In this document: piece after piece, positions 1-10,875 of the stretch
Layout of the letters: each line of letters starts with the position of its first letter
Numbering within the stretch: position 1 is the first letter of the stretch
Origin: Flectonema sp. DT1601
Lineage: Eukaryota
DNA length: 64,000 nt
Assembly: GCA_964019425.1 (NCBI GenBank)
Contig: OZ025796.1
Span: 1,116,001 to 1,180,000 of the forward strand
Direction: 5' to 3'
Program-made: the position numbers and the translations under genes
The notes under the pieces: model-generated
Told to the model about the DNA's origin: nothing
Database searches by the model: none
Seen by the model: only the letters and a program-made list of their open reading frames with translations

Positions 1-3000
1 CAGAGTGAACTTATCATCTTCAGAAGAAATACTTTCCTCTTCATCCTCAAGTAAGACCTGATTGACAGTTCTCTTCTTTAGAGAACTTGGTGGAGCTGAG
101 CTCGTCTTTCCCTTTTCTTTTTGAGATGATGTGATCGTTGTTTTTCCTTTCTTCGCTGTTGGTGTCTTTACTCGTTTTTTCATTGGTTGGTCTTCCTCGT
201 CTGATTCTTGTTCCGCTGCTGGTTTTACTTTAACTCTTCCTTTTGTACCGCCAGCAGTTTTTTTATTACTTTTCTTAGGAGCAGCATCTTGAGAATCAGG
301 CAGAACCTCCCCAGCTCGTTTCATTAGCTGGCGGATGAATGCCAGAGCTGGTTCGGAATTTTCGTATTCCCGACTGCGGACAATTGTTAATAATCTTTTT
401 GTGGCTGGAACAGATAAGAATCTGATGAATGGAATCACAGCATACAGTACAAAGTGGAAATCACGATTGTCAGCTGCCATGCTTTCAATTTTTGTTAATA
501 ATTTAACAACCCCTTCTTTATTACTGCTGAAGGAATTACAAAGAGCTAGTCTTTTCGATAGTTCCAAAAGTACCTGTTCGCAGTCTTCTGCATCAGGAGA
601 ATCGTCATCGTGGGCGATCTTCAGTCGATGATGTGCCAACTGGATTGCATCAACCTCGTGGGTCCAGGCAACGTCAAATATTGATAAGTGAGAATGAAGT
701 GATTTGACTAAGTCTTGTCCTTTTTGATGAAGAAATGGCCATTTAATGTACAACTCAGCTACCCATCTATCGTTTAATAATCCTAAAGGTATTAGTCTGA
801 TCATTCCCATTAGAAAACATTCTACTTCAGACTGTCGAAGTGTATTCTCAGCTTCTGTTATGACTTTGTCGTGGTGTGGGAAGTCAACAACAACTTCAGA
901 GAATGTTGATACAAATAATCTCTGGACATCATCATCTGGTGGACTTAACAATTCACTACAACATCCGAGTGGCCATAATATTGAAAGGGACTTGAATACA
1001 ATTTTACGAATTTCGAGGGATGCCCTGTCGAGAAGTTCGTACATCGGCAATACGATTCCAAGGAAATCCTGTCTCAGATCAAAACTATCGTCGTTTAACG
1101 CGAGACTTCTGTGTGATCGTAAGACTAGTGAATCAGTTGATGAGGTTAGTATGTGAGAACATTCTTTGTGATTTTCAAGAGTCTCACTGTCACTGAAAGC
1201 TAACATTAATTGAGTCCATATCGTGTCAGTAATATCCATCCCGCAGTCTAATGCGATCGCAATTCTTAACCAAATCTTCTTCTTGCTGTTGGTGTTTGGA
1301 ATCGCCTTCTTCAGAGTAGTTACGACATCTGTCCAACTTTCTTCACACTTTTCTTGTAAATCGTGTTTTGATTTAATTAGGTGTCTGAATGCACATGTTC
1401 CTGCTGTGATTGTATCCTCATCAGTTGACTTTAAAACAACTTTCTGACAACACTCCAACAGCGTGTCCAACTTGTCTTCTTGTTTCTTACCTCCTCTACT
1501 CCAAGAGTCAGCAGAGAGTAGCTGAACCATCTGAAGAAGACATCTTTCACTTTGAGGATCAGCTAAAGTCTTAACGAGCATGTCAGTAATAAAAGTTGGA
1601 AGGTACTCTTCGAGTCTCTTTTTGATACTGACCCAGGAAGCATCGACTTCTTTACGTTTTGATTTAGGAGCGAGAGCTGGAGCATGGTCACCCGGAATTT
1701 TTAAATTCAACTTTCCCGATGCACGCTTCACAATAGCAAGTAGTAGCTGAAGTGCTGATTGAGTAATTGCGAGGTCTGAAGTGTCATCGTCATCAACTTG
1801 GAGAAGTTCTTTTGGATTATCTGAGAGAGCGATTTCTGCAATGCGATCGAAGTGTTTAAATTGTCTTTCAGCTCCGTGATAAGTGAGTGAGTCAACCATC
1901 GCATCCGCTGAAGCAGCAGACTCAGTTCCCTGCAACCAAATCAACATCAAATCCAATTGAGTGTGAGAACTCTCTTTTGGAGTTGGTTTAGTGTCTCCAC
2001 CTACTTCATGACCAAGACGAGTGTACGTTCGATCTTTTAAAATTAATTTAAATAATCCTCCCGCTGCTTGTCTAATTCCTAATTTCTCATCTCTCACAAG
2101 TTCTAATAGCCCAGCATGAATATCAGGTTGAAATACTTCCTCACGAGAAGTACATCCGTTGTATATTAATTTACCACATAATAACACCGCAGCCTGTGAT
2201 ACCGAAACGTTCGAGTCAAAAGTCATTTGTTGAATTCGAGCTTTGTATCTTTCTGTGAAGGGTCTCATTCTAACGTGAGAGTCGTCGAGGGAATATATTT
2301 TCTCAAGTGACTGTACAGCTGCAAGACGAACAGAATCGTCTTTGTCATAAAGCAACCATCCAAATGATCTCGTGTATGAAAAGTCATAAAAGAATGACGG
2401 GAATGCTTCAGTCCATTCACTCAGATACTGAAGTGTCACTGCTCTCAGTTCTGGGATCACATCTCTAAACCTCTGAAGACAACTTGCGCTTACTGCTTCA
2501 GTGATTAGCGATGTTAAAGTGTTTAGTTTGTTTTGAATTTCAGTCTTCTTCTTCTTGCTTTCACCTTTCTTTTTTCCATTCGTAATTTGACTTAATAAAT
2601 CATGAAGTTTCTTAGCATTGGTGACCATGACAGATACTAAATTATAAACAGCTACCATAGACTGATGTCGAAAAGATCTGACTTTTGATAAACTTAATCC
2701 GCATATCCACTTTAGAAGAATTTGAATGAAATCCGATTCGTAAATTGAATCGTTCGCAATCGCTGCGGAGGCAATTTCTTTCCAAAATTTAGGGTAGCTG
2801 ACTCGAAACCTTTTCCATTTCTTATCCCTTGATATCAACGGATATCTTTCTGCAACATGGTCAGGTACTAGTTCAGAGAGTTCCTTAAGAACGGTGTCAA
2901 TATCATTCGCTTTAACTTGCCAATTATCAATTCTTCCTTCAACACCACACGATGATAGAATAAGATTCATCAAGACCGTTATAATTTCATGGTTATCTTC

Positions 3001-3150
3001 TATTGATGTTTCAACTAATTGTTGTACTTCAGGACGAATACTTCTTCCTTCTTCAATTAGGACTGCCATCAGATTTAAGTCACCATTTGATTCTCTCGTT
3101 TGCTTCTTCTTTCCGCCACCTTTTTTCTTAGGTGATGGTTTTCCAGGCAT
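1..3150 (-). CDS. SCC3: Cohesin subunit SCC3/STAG (stromal antigen); 3' end runs off the window
   Basis: Manual translation from ATG at 3150 gives MPGKPSPKKKGGGKKKQ...YPLISRDKKWKRFRVSYPKFW...LSLSKVRSFRHQS...QRFRDVIPELRAVTLQYLSEWTEAFPSFFYDFSYTRSFGWLLYDKDDSVRLAA, matching STAG and SCD domain motifs. It is missing from the ORF track, consistent with the stop lying outside the window. Confidence 0.93.
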   Translation of the reverse strand, partial: MPGKPSPKKKGGGKKKQTRESNGDLNLMAVLIEEGRSIRPEVQQLVETSIEDNHEIITVLMNLILSSCGVEGRIDNWQVKANDIDTVLKELSELVPDHVAERYPLISRDKKWKRFRVSYPKFWKEIASAAIANDSIYESDFIQILLKWICGLSLSKVRSFRHQSMVAVYNLVSVMVTNAKKLHDLLSQITNGKKKGESKKKKTEIQNKLNTLTSLITEAVSASCLQRFRDVIPELRAVTLQYLSEWTEAFPSFFYDFSYTRSFGWLLYDKDDSVRLAAVQSLEKIYSLDDSHVRMRPFTERYKARIQQMTFDSNVSVSQAAVLLCGKLIYNGCTSREEVFQPDIHAGLLELVRDEKLGIRQAAGGLFKLILKDRTYTRLGHEVGGDTKPTPKESSHTQLDLMLIWLQGTESAASADAMVDSLTYHGAERQFKHFDRIAEIALSDNPKELLQVDDDDTSDLAITQSALQLLLAIVKRASGKLNLKIPGDHAPALAPKSKRKEVDASWVSIKKRLEEYLPTFITDMLVKTLADPQSERCLLQMVQLLSADSWSRGGKKQEDKLDTLLECCQKVVLKSTDEDTITAGTCAFRHLIKSKHDLQEKCEESWTDVVTTLKKAIPNTNSKKKIWLRIAIALDCGMDITDTIWTQLMLAFSDSETLENHKECSHILTSSTDSLVLRSHRSLALNDDSFDLRQDFLGIVLPMYELLDRASLEIRKIVFKSLSILWPLGCCSELLSPPDDDVQRLFVSTFSEVVVDFPHHDKVITEAENTLRQSEVECFLMGMIRLIPLGLLNDRWVAELYIKWPFLHQKGQDLVKSLHSHLSIFDVAWTHEVDAIQLAHHRLKIAHDDDSPDAEDCEQVLLELSKRLALCNSFSSNKEGVVKLLTKIESMAADNRDFHFVLYAVIPFIRFLSVPATKRLLTIVRSREYENSEPALAFIRQLMKRAGEVLPDSQDAAPKKSNKKTAGGTKGRVKVKPAAEQESDEEDQPMKKRVKTPTAKKGKTTITSSQKEKGKTSSAPPSSLKKRTVNQVLLEDEEESISSEDDKFTL

Positions 3151-3243
3151 CTTATAAATCGACCTGAGGAAGGAGTTTAAGAATTTTTTTTAAAAAAAAA
3201 AAAGAACGTTGGCAGATAGACAGGATGTGTAAATAAAACTGCT

Positions 3244-3275
<32 letters not shown>

Positions 3276-3435
3276 CAGGTTGTAGACTGTAAGAAAGAAA
3301 TTAAACTTTTCAAGAGGGGAAAAAAAAAAAAACACAAAAAAGTTTCCATTAAGTATCTTCACTTGTGTATGTGATAAAAAATTAAAAAGAGAGACATGGC
3401 TCAGACTGGTAACAGCAGAGACTCTAAAAGGGATG

Positions 3436-4884
3436 CTAAATAATAATTTCAAAAGTAATATTAATATCTATACCGAGATCGCTGATCCATTTTGTTATGA
3501 ATTGAGGTGCAACCGAAGTTGTTCCTCTTGACCTTGCGATGACCGCCGGTCCAATAGAGATTACCCAGCAATCATTACCTCGAGTTAGATGGATGCCAGG
3601 GTCAATTGATTCCCAGCAACAGAATGAAGGAAGTTTGATAAACTGAACTGGTTTTTCTGGCCAAAGATCACAAGAATTGACTTTAAAATTAGGAAATTGA
3701 AACCAATGCCATTTCTGTGAGAGAAACAGTCGATCTCTGTGAGCAATCTTTAAACGATTTAATAGAATAACTGACGTCGTAAATCCTGTTTGAGATCGAA
3801 GTGAGTCGCAGTCTTGAGACCTTCGATCAACTGAAACAGCTTCTGAATTATGAATGATGTCAGTCGACGCCGGGAGAGTATTTATAATTTCATGATTAGG
3901 AGGAGGTACTCTCGCTAGCGTTGGTTTTACTGGTGTTTCACAACCAGAAACGACATCTTTGTTAGTACCTCGTCTGCTAGTTTGAAGCGTCTTTTCAATC
4001 AGCTGTGCAGGTGGTGGCAAAGATCCAATAGTTTGCCTGTCGATACTCACTTCAGTTCTGATCGATTCGGTTTTGAAATCTTCACTGTGATCATCAAGAG
4101 GTAAGCAACAACCTACTGTACCAGAAGTTGGATATATTATGTTTTCATTACTATTTAATACTACCTGATCTTCAACAAGTCTTTTATTGACGTCGATTGT
4201 GTTTATCTCTGAGGAGGTGATATCGTTATTTATGAAATCTGTTTGAGTTCGAGAATGTACCTTCTTCTGTTTAGATTGATAAATAATATTCAAAACAGAA
4301 CCAATCCCCGTCCACTTGTTATAATATTCTCTAATAAGTGAATGATCACAATAACGAGATATTATTGTTATCGATGAGGATAGTTGTTGGAGTCGACGAC
4401 CAGCTCGTTTTCTTCCTGGAAGGAGATTGCAAACAGCTCCTTCAGCCTGTCTTGCCTTGTGTAGCATCGAAACGATAACTCGATAGGCATCTGATATGAT
4501 CTTCCGTTGTGTTTCTTCCACTTCCAGAATGATGAATAAATCAGATTTCAATCGAAACCTCCAACGAGGTTTTTTAACCGTCTGTTTTGTTATGAAATTA
4601 TGAGAATTGTCCTGCGAGTTGTAAAAATAACTTCTAACAGGCGCAGTCCCTGTTGATTGTTGCATGGTAACATTTCTTATTGAGTGAGTTACAGGAAGTG
4701 GTGGTGGAGAAGGCGACGATCCTTTATTGTTATTCATCTTTATAATTTGAATTGATCTCTTTTTTCTTGGATACCATCCTCGATAATGATTACGAACGGG
4801 AGCACTACTAGGACGCTGAATCCAACCACCACCTCCTTCTGTTAGGTCATCACACCAGGCACCTGGTCCATCAACTTCAGACAT
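3436..4884 (-). CDS. Hypothetical protein, 482 aa
   Basis: Long ATG-initiated ORF, co-oriented with its neighbours. No family recognised. Confidence 0.75.
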   Translation of the reverse strand: MSEVDGPGAWCDDLTEGGGGWIQRPSSAPVRNHYRGWYPRKKRSIQIIKMNNNKGSSPSPPPLPVTHSIRNVTMQQSTGTAPVRSYFYNSQDNSHNFITKQTVKKPRWRFRLKSDLFIILEVEETQRKIISDAYRVIVSMLHKARQAEGAVCNLLPGRKRAGRRLQQLSSSITIISRYCDHSLIREYYNKWTGIGSVLNIIYQSKQKKVHSRTQTDFINNDITSSEINTIDVNKRLVEDQVVLNSNENIIYPTSGTVGCCLPLDDHSEDFKTESIRTEVSIDRQTIGSLPPPAQLIEKTLQTSRRGTNKDVVSGCETPVKPTLARVPPPNHEIINTLPASTDIIHNSEAVSVDRRSQDCDSLRSQTGFTTSVILLNRLKIAHRDRLFLSQKWHWFQFPNFKVNSCDLWPEKPVQFIKLPSFCCWESIDPGIHLTRGNDCWVISIGPAVIARSRGTTSVAPQFITKWISDLGIDINITFEIII

Positions 4885-5288
4885 TACGTAACATAAAATA
4901 ATTGCTTCCTATTTTTTTAAATAAAATAACAAAACGAATCAACTATTTCAATCACAGTATTCATAGGGTTCATTTACGTGTATATCTTTTGGTGCTTTTT
5001 TTTTTTTTTTTTTTTCGATTTTTTTTTTTTTTTTCTTTTTGTATTTTCCAAGCAGAAGTTGAATAGTACGCCGCATGGATTTTATTTTTTTTTGTTGTTT
5101 TTTTCTCGCCTCAGCTCGCCTCATATCACTCATGATGTCCTGTGAGTGATACCGTGCGACAAGACGTGTTTGTTTTTTTTTGTTTTCCTGTATTATTCTC
5201 ATTGTGGTGTTCCAATACCAGTGAGGCTCTCTCCACAACACTATTCAGGTCGGTGAAGTGGGTTTTTTTTCTTTGAGCTCGATTCTCA

Positions 5289-5548
5289 CTAAATATGGCA
5301 CTGAGAAACACAACCTCTGAAGTTTGTTGCTGCTGGTGGAGGTGGCGGTGGTGGCGCGACAGGAGCTGGCTTCGGCTTTACGACAGGTGCGCAGTAGTGC
5401 CAAGCTCCAAGTGCATTCTAGTTGTGTTATTTTTTTCTTTTTTTTGCAAACATTAAAAACATGAACAGAACGAGAAGAATAAACAACATACAAGGTTACT
5501 CTTTACTCCCTTAATAGAGCTAGCGTCAAAGCAAGCTTCAATAGGCAT
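5289..5548 (-). CDS. Predicted two-exon 61-aa proline-rich microprotein (exons 5548-5492 and 5417-5289)
   Basis: ATG at 5548. A 74-nt GTATGT...CTAG intron (5491-5418) joins in frame to give MPIEACFDASSIKGVKSNL/NALGAWHYCAPVVKPKPAPVAPPPPPPPAATNFRGCVSQCHI*. It is a GC-rich island in an AT-rich spacer. Confidence 0.6.
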
Positions 5549-6210
5549 TGTTGGTGTGTAGTGTAATGTGTGTAATGCTTATTGAAAGAAAGAGAATTCT
5601 AAGAAGGCCTAACAACAAAAAGAGGGATCGAGAAAGGTTAGTAAAAAAGGATATTGCGGCAGCACGCTTACAATGAAAAGAAAAATATTCTCCACAGTCA
5701 CTTACGCTCTCAGAGTGTGACAATGCTGTCCTGCTACGTATGGTGAGGAGGAGGTTGTTCTTCTTTTTTTTCTTTTTGGTCGCCACACAACAATCCTTCT
5801 TAAGTTTGCTCGCACAATGCTTTGATTTGTTATTTGAAAAAAAAATCAAGCAAAAAAAATAATAATAATAAAATATGTCAAAGAGCTGGTTAATGCATCC
5901 TTTCAGGAAAAAAAAAAAAACGGATCTTTCCTAAGAAATACAAAAAACTTGCAGCGTGAAGTATGAAGGTCAAGAAGTAGTCTTTTTTTTTCTATTCTTT
6001 TTTTTTGAATACTAACGGTCGTAAAAAAAAGTCAGTAAATGAAAATATTACCAACGAGTAATCATTCAACCAAAACTAAGTAAGTAGAAGTTTGGTTTGA
6101 ATGAGTTACAAAATACTTAAAATAGAGAAGGGGAAAAAGAAAAGAAAAAACACAAATTCCACAGCGGCATTTTTTGGTTGAGAAAACTAGTAAACTCAAT
6201 CTTTGGGTTG

Positions 6211-8796
6211 CTACTCAAATGAATGAGTAAAGGCTGCAAACATCAAACCAACTGACAGAAGAACACCTCCAACAGTAATTGCTGGGAGATCGCGGTTAAT
6301 AAATTGCTTTGCCTTTGTTAGTTTATCTTCGAACTTTTTAAAACAGGCAGCCACAGCTGTGGCATCCGTATCAGTGTCGCCTTCCTTTTCAACTCGTATC
6401 TGACCGAATTGAGGCTTTGGAAAGGTCACATCAATCTGAGGGATGTTCCAACATCCATCCCAACTAGCGTGTCCTAAGACTGATGCTCTTGATGTGGTAT
6501 TTAAAATAAATTCTCTCACCCTGACAGTGTGATTGCGACTTCCTTCACCCCAAACCTCTTCAAAGGTGTCATAACCTGACAGCATACTGCATGACTCCCC
6601 CCATGGAAGAGTTGCCAAATCTTTAAAACAGTCTTCATTTGCAGTGTGCCTCTCCGTAACATCGGCATACCAGTCTTGTGGGTTCATTTTTTCAACATTT
6701 TCACAATACGAATTACACCCATTAAGTGATATCTTTCCTTTAACCAACACGCCTTGAAGGAGGAGAGGAAGCTGTCGCTGTGTCTCTGCCATTAAAACTG
6801 ATTGACGTATCCATTTACCATCTTTGTTCTGTGTCTCAAAAACAGCATCTAAGTAACAAGAGTAAGCGAGACACTTTGATTTCGTAATTGGGCTTGTTAT
6901 AATCTTTGATCCGGGGTATGGAGTGAGTGGACCTGATCGCGCAGTTAGTTCAATCGGCTTTTCGTCATCTTCTTTTCTATCATCATCATCATCACTTGGA
7001 CGTAATTTCATATATAAAGGATCGTTAGTTGTTTTCCAAACTTTTCCATCTTCGAATGAAACGTCTGCTGACTGTTTTGGAACTTTTAAATCTTTTATGA
7101 GATTCCACATCTCCGTAGTTTTGTTCAATTCTTTGAGACCCGACTCCTTCCAAGTTGGAATTATTAATTTCTTTAGAAGAACAGCTGTTCCAATAGAAGA
7201 CAAGAAGAACACTCCTGAATACCAATTAGTTGTAAAGGATCCCAATGAAGAATCTTGAATGTAGGTAACTAAGTGTCCCAGAATAGCAACGGCATTGCTT
7301 CCTAAGTAAAAAACACCTCCGACGAGACCCATGCTAAATATAACTGCGATGAATGCTTTGGTATCTTCAAGTCGTTGTTGGAATTTAGAAAGTGGTCTCC
7401 AAGTTCTTCTTTGAATGTCTCTCTTAGAAACAAGATCCTTGTAGAGATCAGTAAACTGACTTTCAGTCGTGTTTAAGAAAGTTTTGTAAGGAACTTGTTC
7501 TAATGTAGTCAACGAGTCAAACCATTCTAACGACATCTGACGAAGTAATCTCCGAACAACTCCCTTCGCATAACTAATTTGATAATCTTCAATCTTCATC
7601 TCCTTACAGTTATCAATAAAAATATCGATCGGATATTTCCCATTATTATCTTTGAGCATACAGGTGTCAGAGATTACCTTAATAGCGAGCATTGCATCTA
7701 AAACTGAACCAGCTGAAGTAACAGCATCGGATTTAATATGTTGTAAGAAACAGTGCAAGATCGATCCCCCAACATAGAATGTCGATGGTGTTTCTTCGAT
7801 TGAGTGGATGGTTGGTTGCCATTTTAGAAGACTATTTTCAACTCCCGGCAGCTCTCCGGTACTCATTTCTGGTCCAAAATCATTAATAATAACTTCTTGG
7901 AAAGTTTTAAACCACCTCAGCGGTGGTGTTGCCTTCAAGTACTCGTCGTTTATCAACGTGTTGATCATTTCTCTTGACTCTGACGTCGATCTGTTTAATT
8001 CAATTTTAAATATTTTTGGAACAGCCCTAAACAGAGTTGTTAAAATACGACAACCACTATGACTCCAGTATTTATTAGTTTTATCAATAGGGAGAATACT
8101 TTGAATAAGTGAAGTGTTAAACAACTCACTAGGATTAAAGTCCCATCTACAGTCATCATCATCATCAGCAGACTTACAACAACTGTAACACGATGGTGAT
8201 TGATGAACTTCGAGTAATGTTTTTATAATTTCATAATTGTCAATATCACTGTTCTTCTTTGGGTTAGATCTCTCTAGTGCCATGTGAATCGGGTACAATC
8301 CGACACGTTGGTGTTCTTGATTTGGAATCTTTATTTTAATTTCCGAATTATGAACCAGAACAGCCTCAGGTTGACTCTTTACAATAATTTTAATGGTGTC
8401 TTGATGTACACAATCATTATGACATGCGATCATCAAAGGAGTGCATCCGTCACCATCTTGCAATAGGAGAAGAGTTGACTGTTCAGTTTTTGTGTGTTTT
8501 TTCTCTTCTTCCAATACAAGCCGAAGGATTTCTCTTGCAACGTCGTCTCTGTAACGATTCTTAACCGATCGGTTGCTTTTAAATAAATTACAAAGGAAGT
8601 TCTCTTTACTGTTTGTTATGTATGTAAGTCCCTCAATTCCAACCACCGATAGTTTTTCTTTAAATTCCTCGACCGATAATTCCTTCTTTCCACTTTCAAC
8701 AAATTCTGCCGCTGCAGAAGTGTCTTTCGGGAAGAGTGCACCAAATACTCCGCTGGCGGCATCATAAAGGTTTCTTTTTTGTTTTATCGATGTCAT
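6211..8796 (-). CDS. Ankyrin-repeat-like membrane protein (~861 aa)
   Basis: Likely start is MTSIKQK at 8796; the upstream part of the track ORF is a poly-A/T spacer overlapping the Era gene. Ankyrin-like motifs QDGDGCTPLMIAC, GLYPIHMAL and KDNNGKYPIDI, with central and C-terminal hydrophobic segments. Confidence 0.75.
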   Translation of the reverse strand: MTSIKQKRNLYDAASGVFGALFPKDTSAAAEFVESGKKELSVEEFKEKLSVVGIEGLTYITNSKENFLCNLFKSNRSVKNRYRDDVAREILRLVLEEEKKHTKTEQSTLLLLQDGDGCTPLMIACHNDCVHQDTIKIIVKSQPEAVLVHNSEIKIKIPNQEHQRVGLYPIHMALERSNPKKNSDIDNYEIIKTLLEVHQSPSCYSCCKSADDDDDCRWDFNPSELFNTSLIQSILPIDKTNKYWSHSGCRILTTLFRAVPKIFKIELNRSTSESREMINTLINDEYLKATPPLRWFKTFQEVIINDFGPEMSTGELPGVENSLLKWQPTIHSIEETPSTFYVGGSILHCFLQHIKSDAVTSAGSVLDAMLAIKVISDTCMLKDNNGKYPIDIFIDNCKEMKIEDYQISYAKGVVRRLLRQMSLEWFDSLTTLEQVPYKTFLNTTESQFTDLYKDLVSKRDIQRRTWRPLSKFQQRLEDTKAFIAVIFSMGLVGGVFYLGSNAVAILGHLVTYIQDSSLGSFTTNWYSGVFFLSSIGTAVLLKKLIIPTWKESGLKELNKTTEMWNLIKDLKVPKQSADVSFEDGKVWKTTNDPLYMKLRPSDDDDDRKEDDEKPIELTARSGPLTPYPGSKIITSPITKSKCLAYSCYLDAVFETQNKDGKWIRQSVLMAETQRQLPLLLQGVLVKGKISLNGCNSYCENVEKMNPQDWYADVTERHTANEDCFKDLATLPWGESCSMLSGYDTFEEVWGEGSRNHTVRVREFILNTTSRASVLGHASWDGCWNIPQIDVTFPKPQFGQIRVEKEGDTDTDATAVAACFKKFEDKLTKAKQFINRDLPAITVGGVLLSVGLMFAAFTHSFE

Positions 8797-9079
8797 TGTT
8801 GTTTGTTTTGCTTTTTTTCTTTTTTTTTTTTTTCTACAAAAAAAATAAATTATGAAAATAAACAAAACAAAAACTCCGTCAGCTGACTCACCCAATGGAG
8901 AATTCGATAAAAGATTATTATTCTTTTTTTTTTTGATGAAATCAGGGAAGTCAAAACTTCTGAGAAGCTCACGGGGAGTAACAGTAATGCAGTACAACAA
9001 CAGTGAGACTCTCACAGGCGAGAAGACGTAAGTTAACCAGAAATGACGACCCAGTCCAACCGCATGATTTATTAATTTT

Positions 9080-10357
9080 CTACTGCGATTCTTCGGTCTC
9101 AGTTTCAGGAGGATTGAATACTTGTGAAATAGTTTCCTCCATCGACGGTGAGATATAATTTGGTTTATAATGTCCGTATGGATTCTCCCACTGCCAATTA
9201 GAAAGTGGTGCTTCATTAATTGATATCTTCACAGTTATATCATAAGTTGGTAACGTATTTGAGAATTTCCGACGACAAAGTGTAGTAAAATAAGAAAGTT
9301 TATCACGACACAGGCCTGCTACAACAGGAAATCCAAAAGTGTATAAAATATTAATTGTTAATTGTTGTCTTCCATTGGGGGATACATATCCCAGAGTCCA
9401 ACCAACAACTCGCGCAATAACAAAAAAATATTCCGGATTGCTGTAAACTTCTGTGAGAATTGCTTCCAATGCGAGATTTTCTACTATTTCAAATTTAGTT
9501 TGATTTGTTTTAAACTCTTTAGGAAAGCTCCAAGGAGAAGGCAAGGCTTCTTTTAGCAACATTGAACAGAAAGTTGCATATGAATGTACTTTCTGCCTTC
9601 CAACAACAGACATCCCTCTGACTTCAAGTGGTGATAATTGCTGTAAATCTTTAATTAAAGGTTTTACATTAGATGCTAAGTCACTTCTATCAGCCATTGT
9701 TATCGCAAAGTAAACTGGTTTATCAGGAGTTCCTTGTTGTTCAAGTTTATCTTTTAAGGTTTGTAACAAAATTTGTTGTTCATTTACAAGGTGAGGTAGA
9801 TAACAAGGAACAGCAACAATAATAACATCACTGTGAACTGTAGCATCCCATGCAGCTTCAGAAACAAGCAGATCTTTTTCTGTTGTTTTATCTGTTGTTG
9901 AAAACTTATGATTGACGCTGTATGATACTCTAATAGAAGGGGTGTCGAGTAGAATTAGTTGTGTTTTCTTTATTGTGTGAATTCCCATAGTCCATCTTCT
10001 TGTTGAATATGCTCGCTTCGAAACAGCTGAGACATGAGCTCCTGTTATGTTATTTAATAAAGAAGACTTTCCTGATGATCGAAGACCGATGATTGCCGCT
10101 CGTAGTACTTTACTGTCGTCGGGACTATTTATTTCTTCTTTTGATGGTTTTCTTATTTTTTCTATTGTTTCGGTGTCAAAAGCCTTCCAAATTGGAGTAA
10201 ACGACTCTCTTACACGATTAGTTTTAGTTGGCGCTACGGTAGTCAGTTTTGCCTCTCTCGCACCAGCCATTGCTTGCGAGATATTATTCTTCACGACAGG
10301 TCTCATTCTAGCTTCGGAGTGCATTAGTCTGCGTGTGATACGATTTATTAAATTCAT
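9080..10357 (-). CDS. Era-family GTPase, probably mitochondrial (ERAL1-like)
   Basis: AIIGLRSSGKSSLLN (G1), SAVSKRAYSTR (G2), TQLILLDTPS (G3) and the Era-like PSPWSFP linker. The N-terminus is Arg-rich like a transit peptide. Confidence 0.85.
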   Translation of the reverse strand: MNLINRITRRLMHSEARMRPVVKNNISQAMAGAREAKLTTVAPTKTNRVRESFTPIWKAFDTETIEKIRKPSKEEINSPDDSKVLRAAIIGLRSSGKSSLLNNITGAHVSAVSKRAYSTRRWTMGIHTIKKTQLILLDTPSIRVSYSVNHKFSTTDKTTEKDLLVSEAAWDATVHSDVIIVAVPCYLPHLVNEQQILLQTLKDKLEQQGTPDKPVYFAITMADRSDLASNVKPLIKDLQQLSPLEVRGMSVVGRQKVHSYATFCSMLLKEALPSPWSFPKEFKTNQTKFEIVENLALEAILTEVYSNPEYFFVIARVVGWTLGYVSPNGRQQLTINILYTFGFPVVAGLCRDKLSYFTTLCRRKFSNTLPTYDITVKISINEAPLSNWQWENPYGHYKPNYISPSMEETISQVFNPPETETEESQ

Positions 10358-10875
10358 TTTTTTTTTCTTTTTTTTTTTCTCGTCAGCACTCCTCTGGTCG
10401 TAAAAGAGAATAAAAAAAAATTAAAAAAAAGTTAATTCAAATGAAAACCTACTTTAATTCTAATTATTTTGATTGTTCGCAGAAGAAAAATTGTGTTCCC
10501 CGAACTTAATACTACATATTGTAATTAAACATCCTGTAAATGATATTAAAAAAAATTATTATTTTTTTCTAGCTGTTTGCATTTTTGACGGTCTCTGTTT
10601 ACTGCGTCAACAATCAACTCCAGCCATGGTTTGACAATAACGTTGTCAAAAATGTCGGCGTTGAGAATTAAATATCGAACATAACAAGTAACAAATAAAA
10701 AAAAACAAAAACAAGAAGTAATGAATTGGATGTCAGCCTATAAGCTAATAATAATAATAAAAGGAGACAGATTTTTCGATTTTGTCTATTTATTCGTCCC
10801 GACATATATATATATTGTCAGTAAAAGAAGTCTTTATCAGTATTTGCTAATCTTCAAAAGGCTGAAGAGTAGAGG

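Noticed and set aside
335..3157. Plus-strand ORFs in the first 3 kb, and similar antisense ORFs over other genes
   Set aside because: They are shadows of the minus-strand SCC3 and other real CDSs.
8797..9216. N-terminal 140 aa of the 1001-aa track ORF
   Set aside because: It overlaps the Era gene end and crosses poly-A/T spacer sequence, so it is likely a chance open frame.
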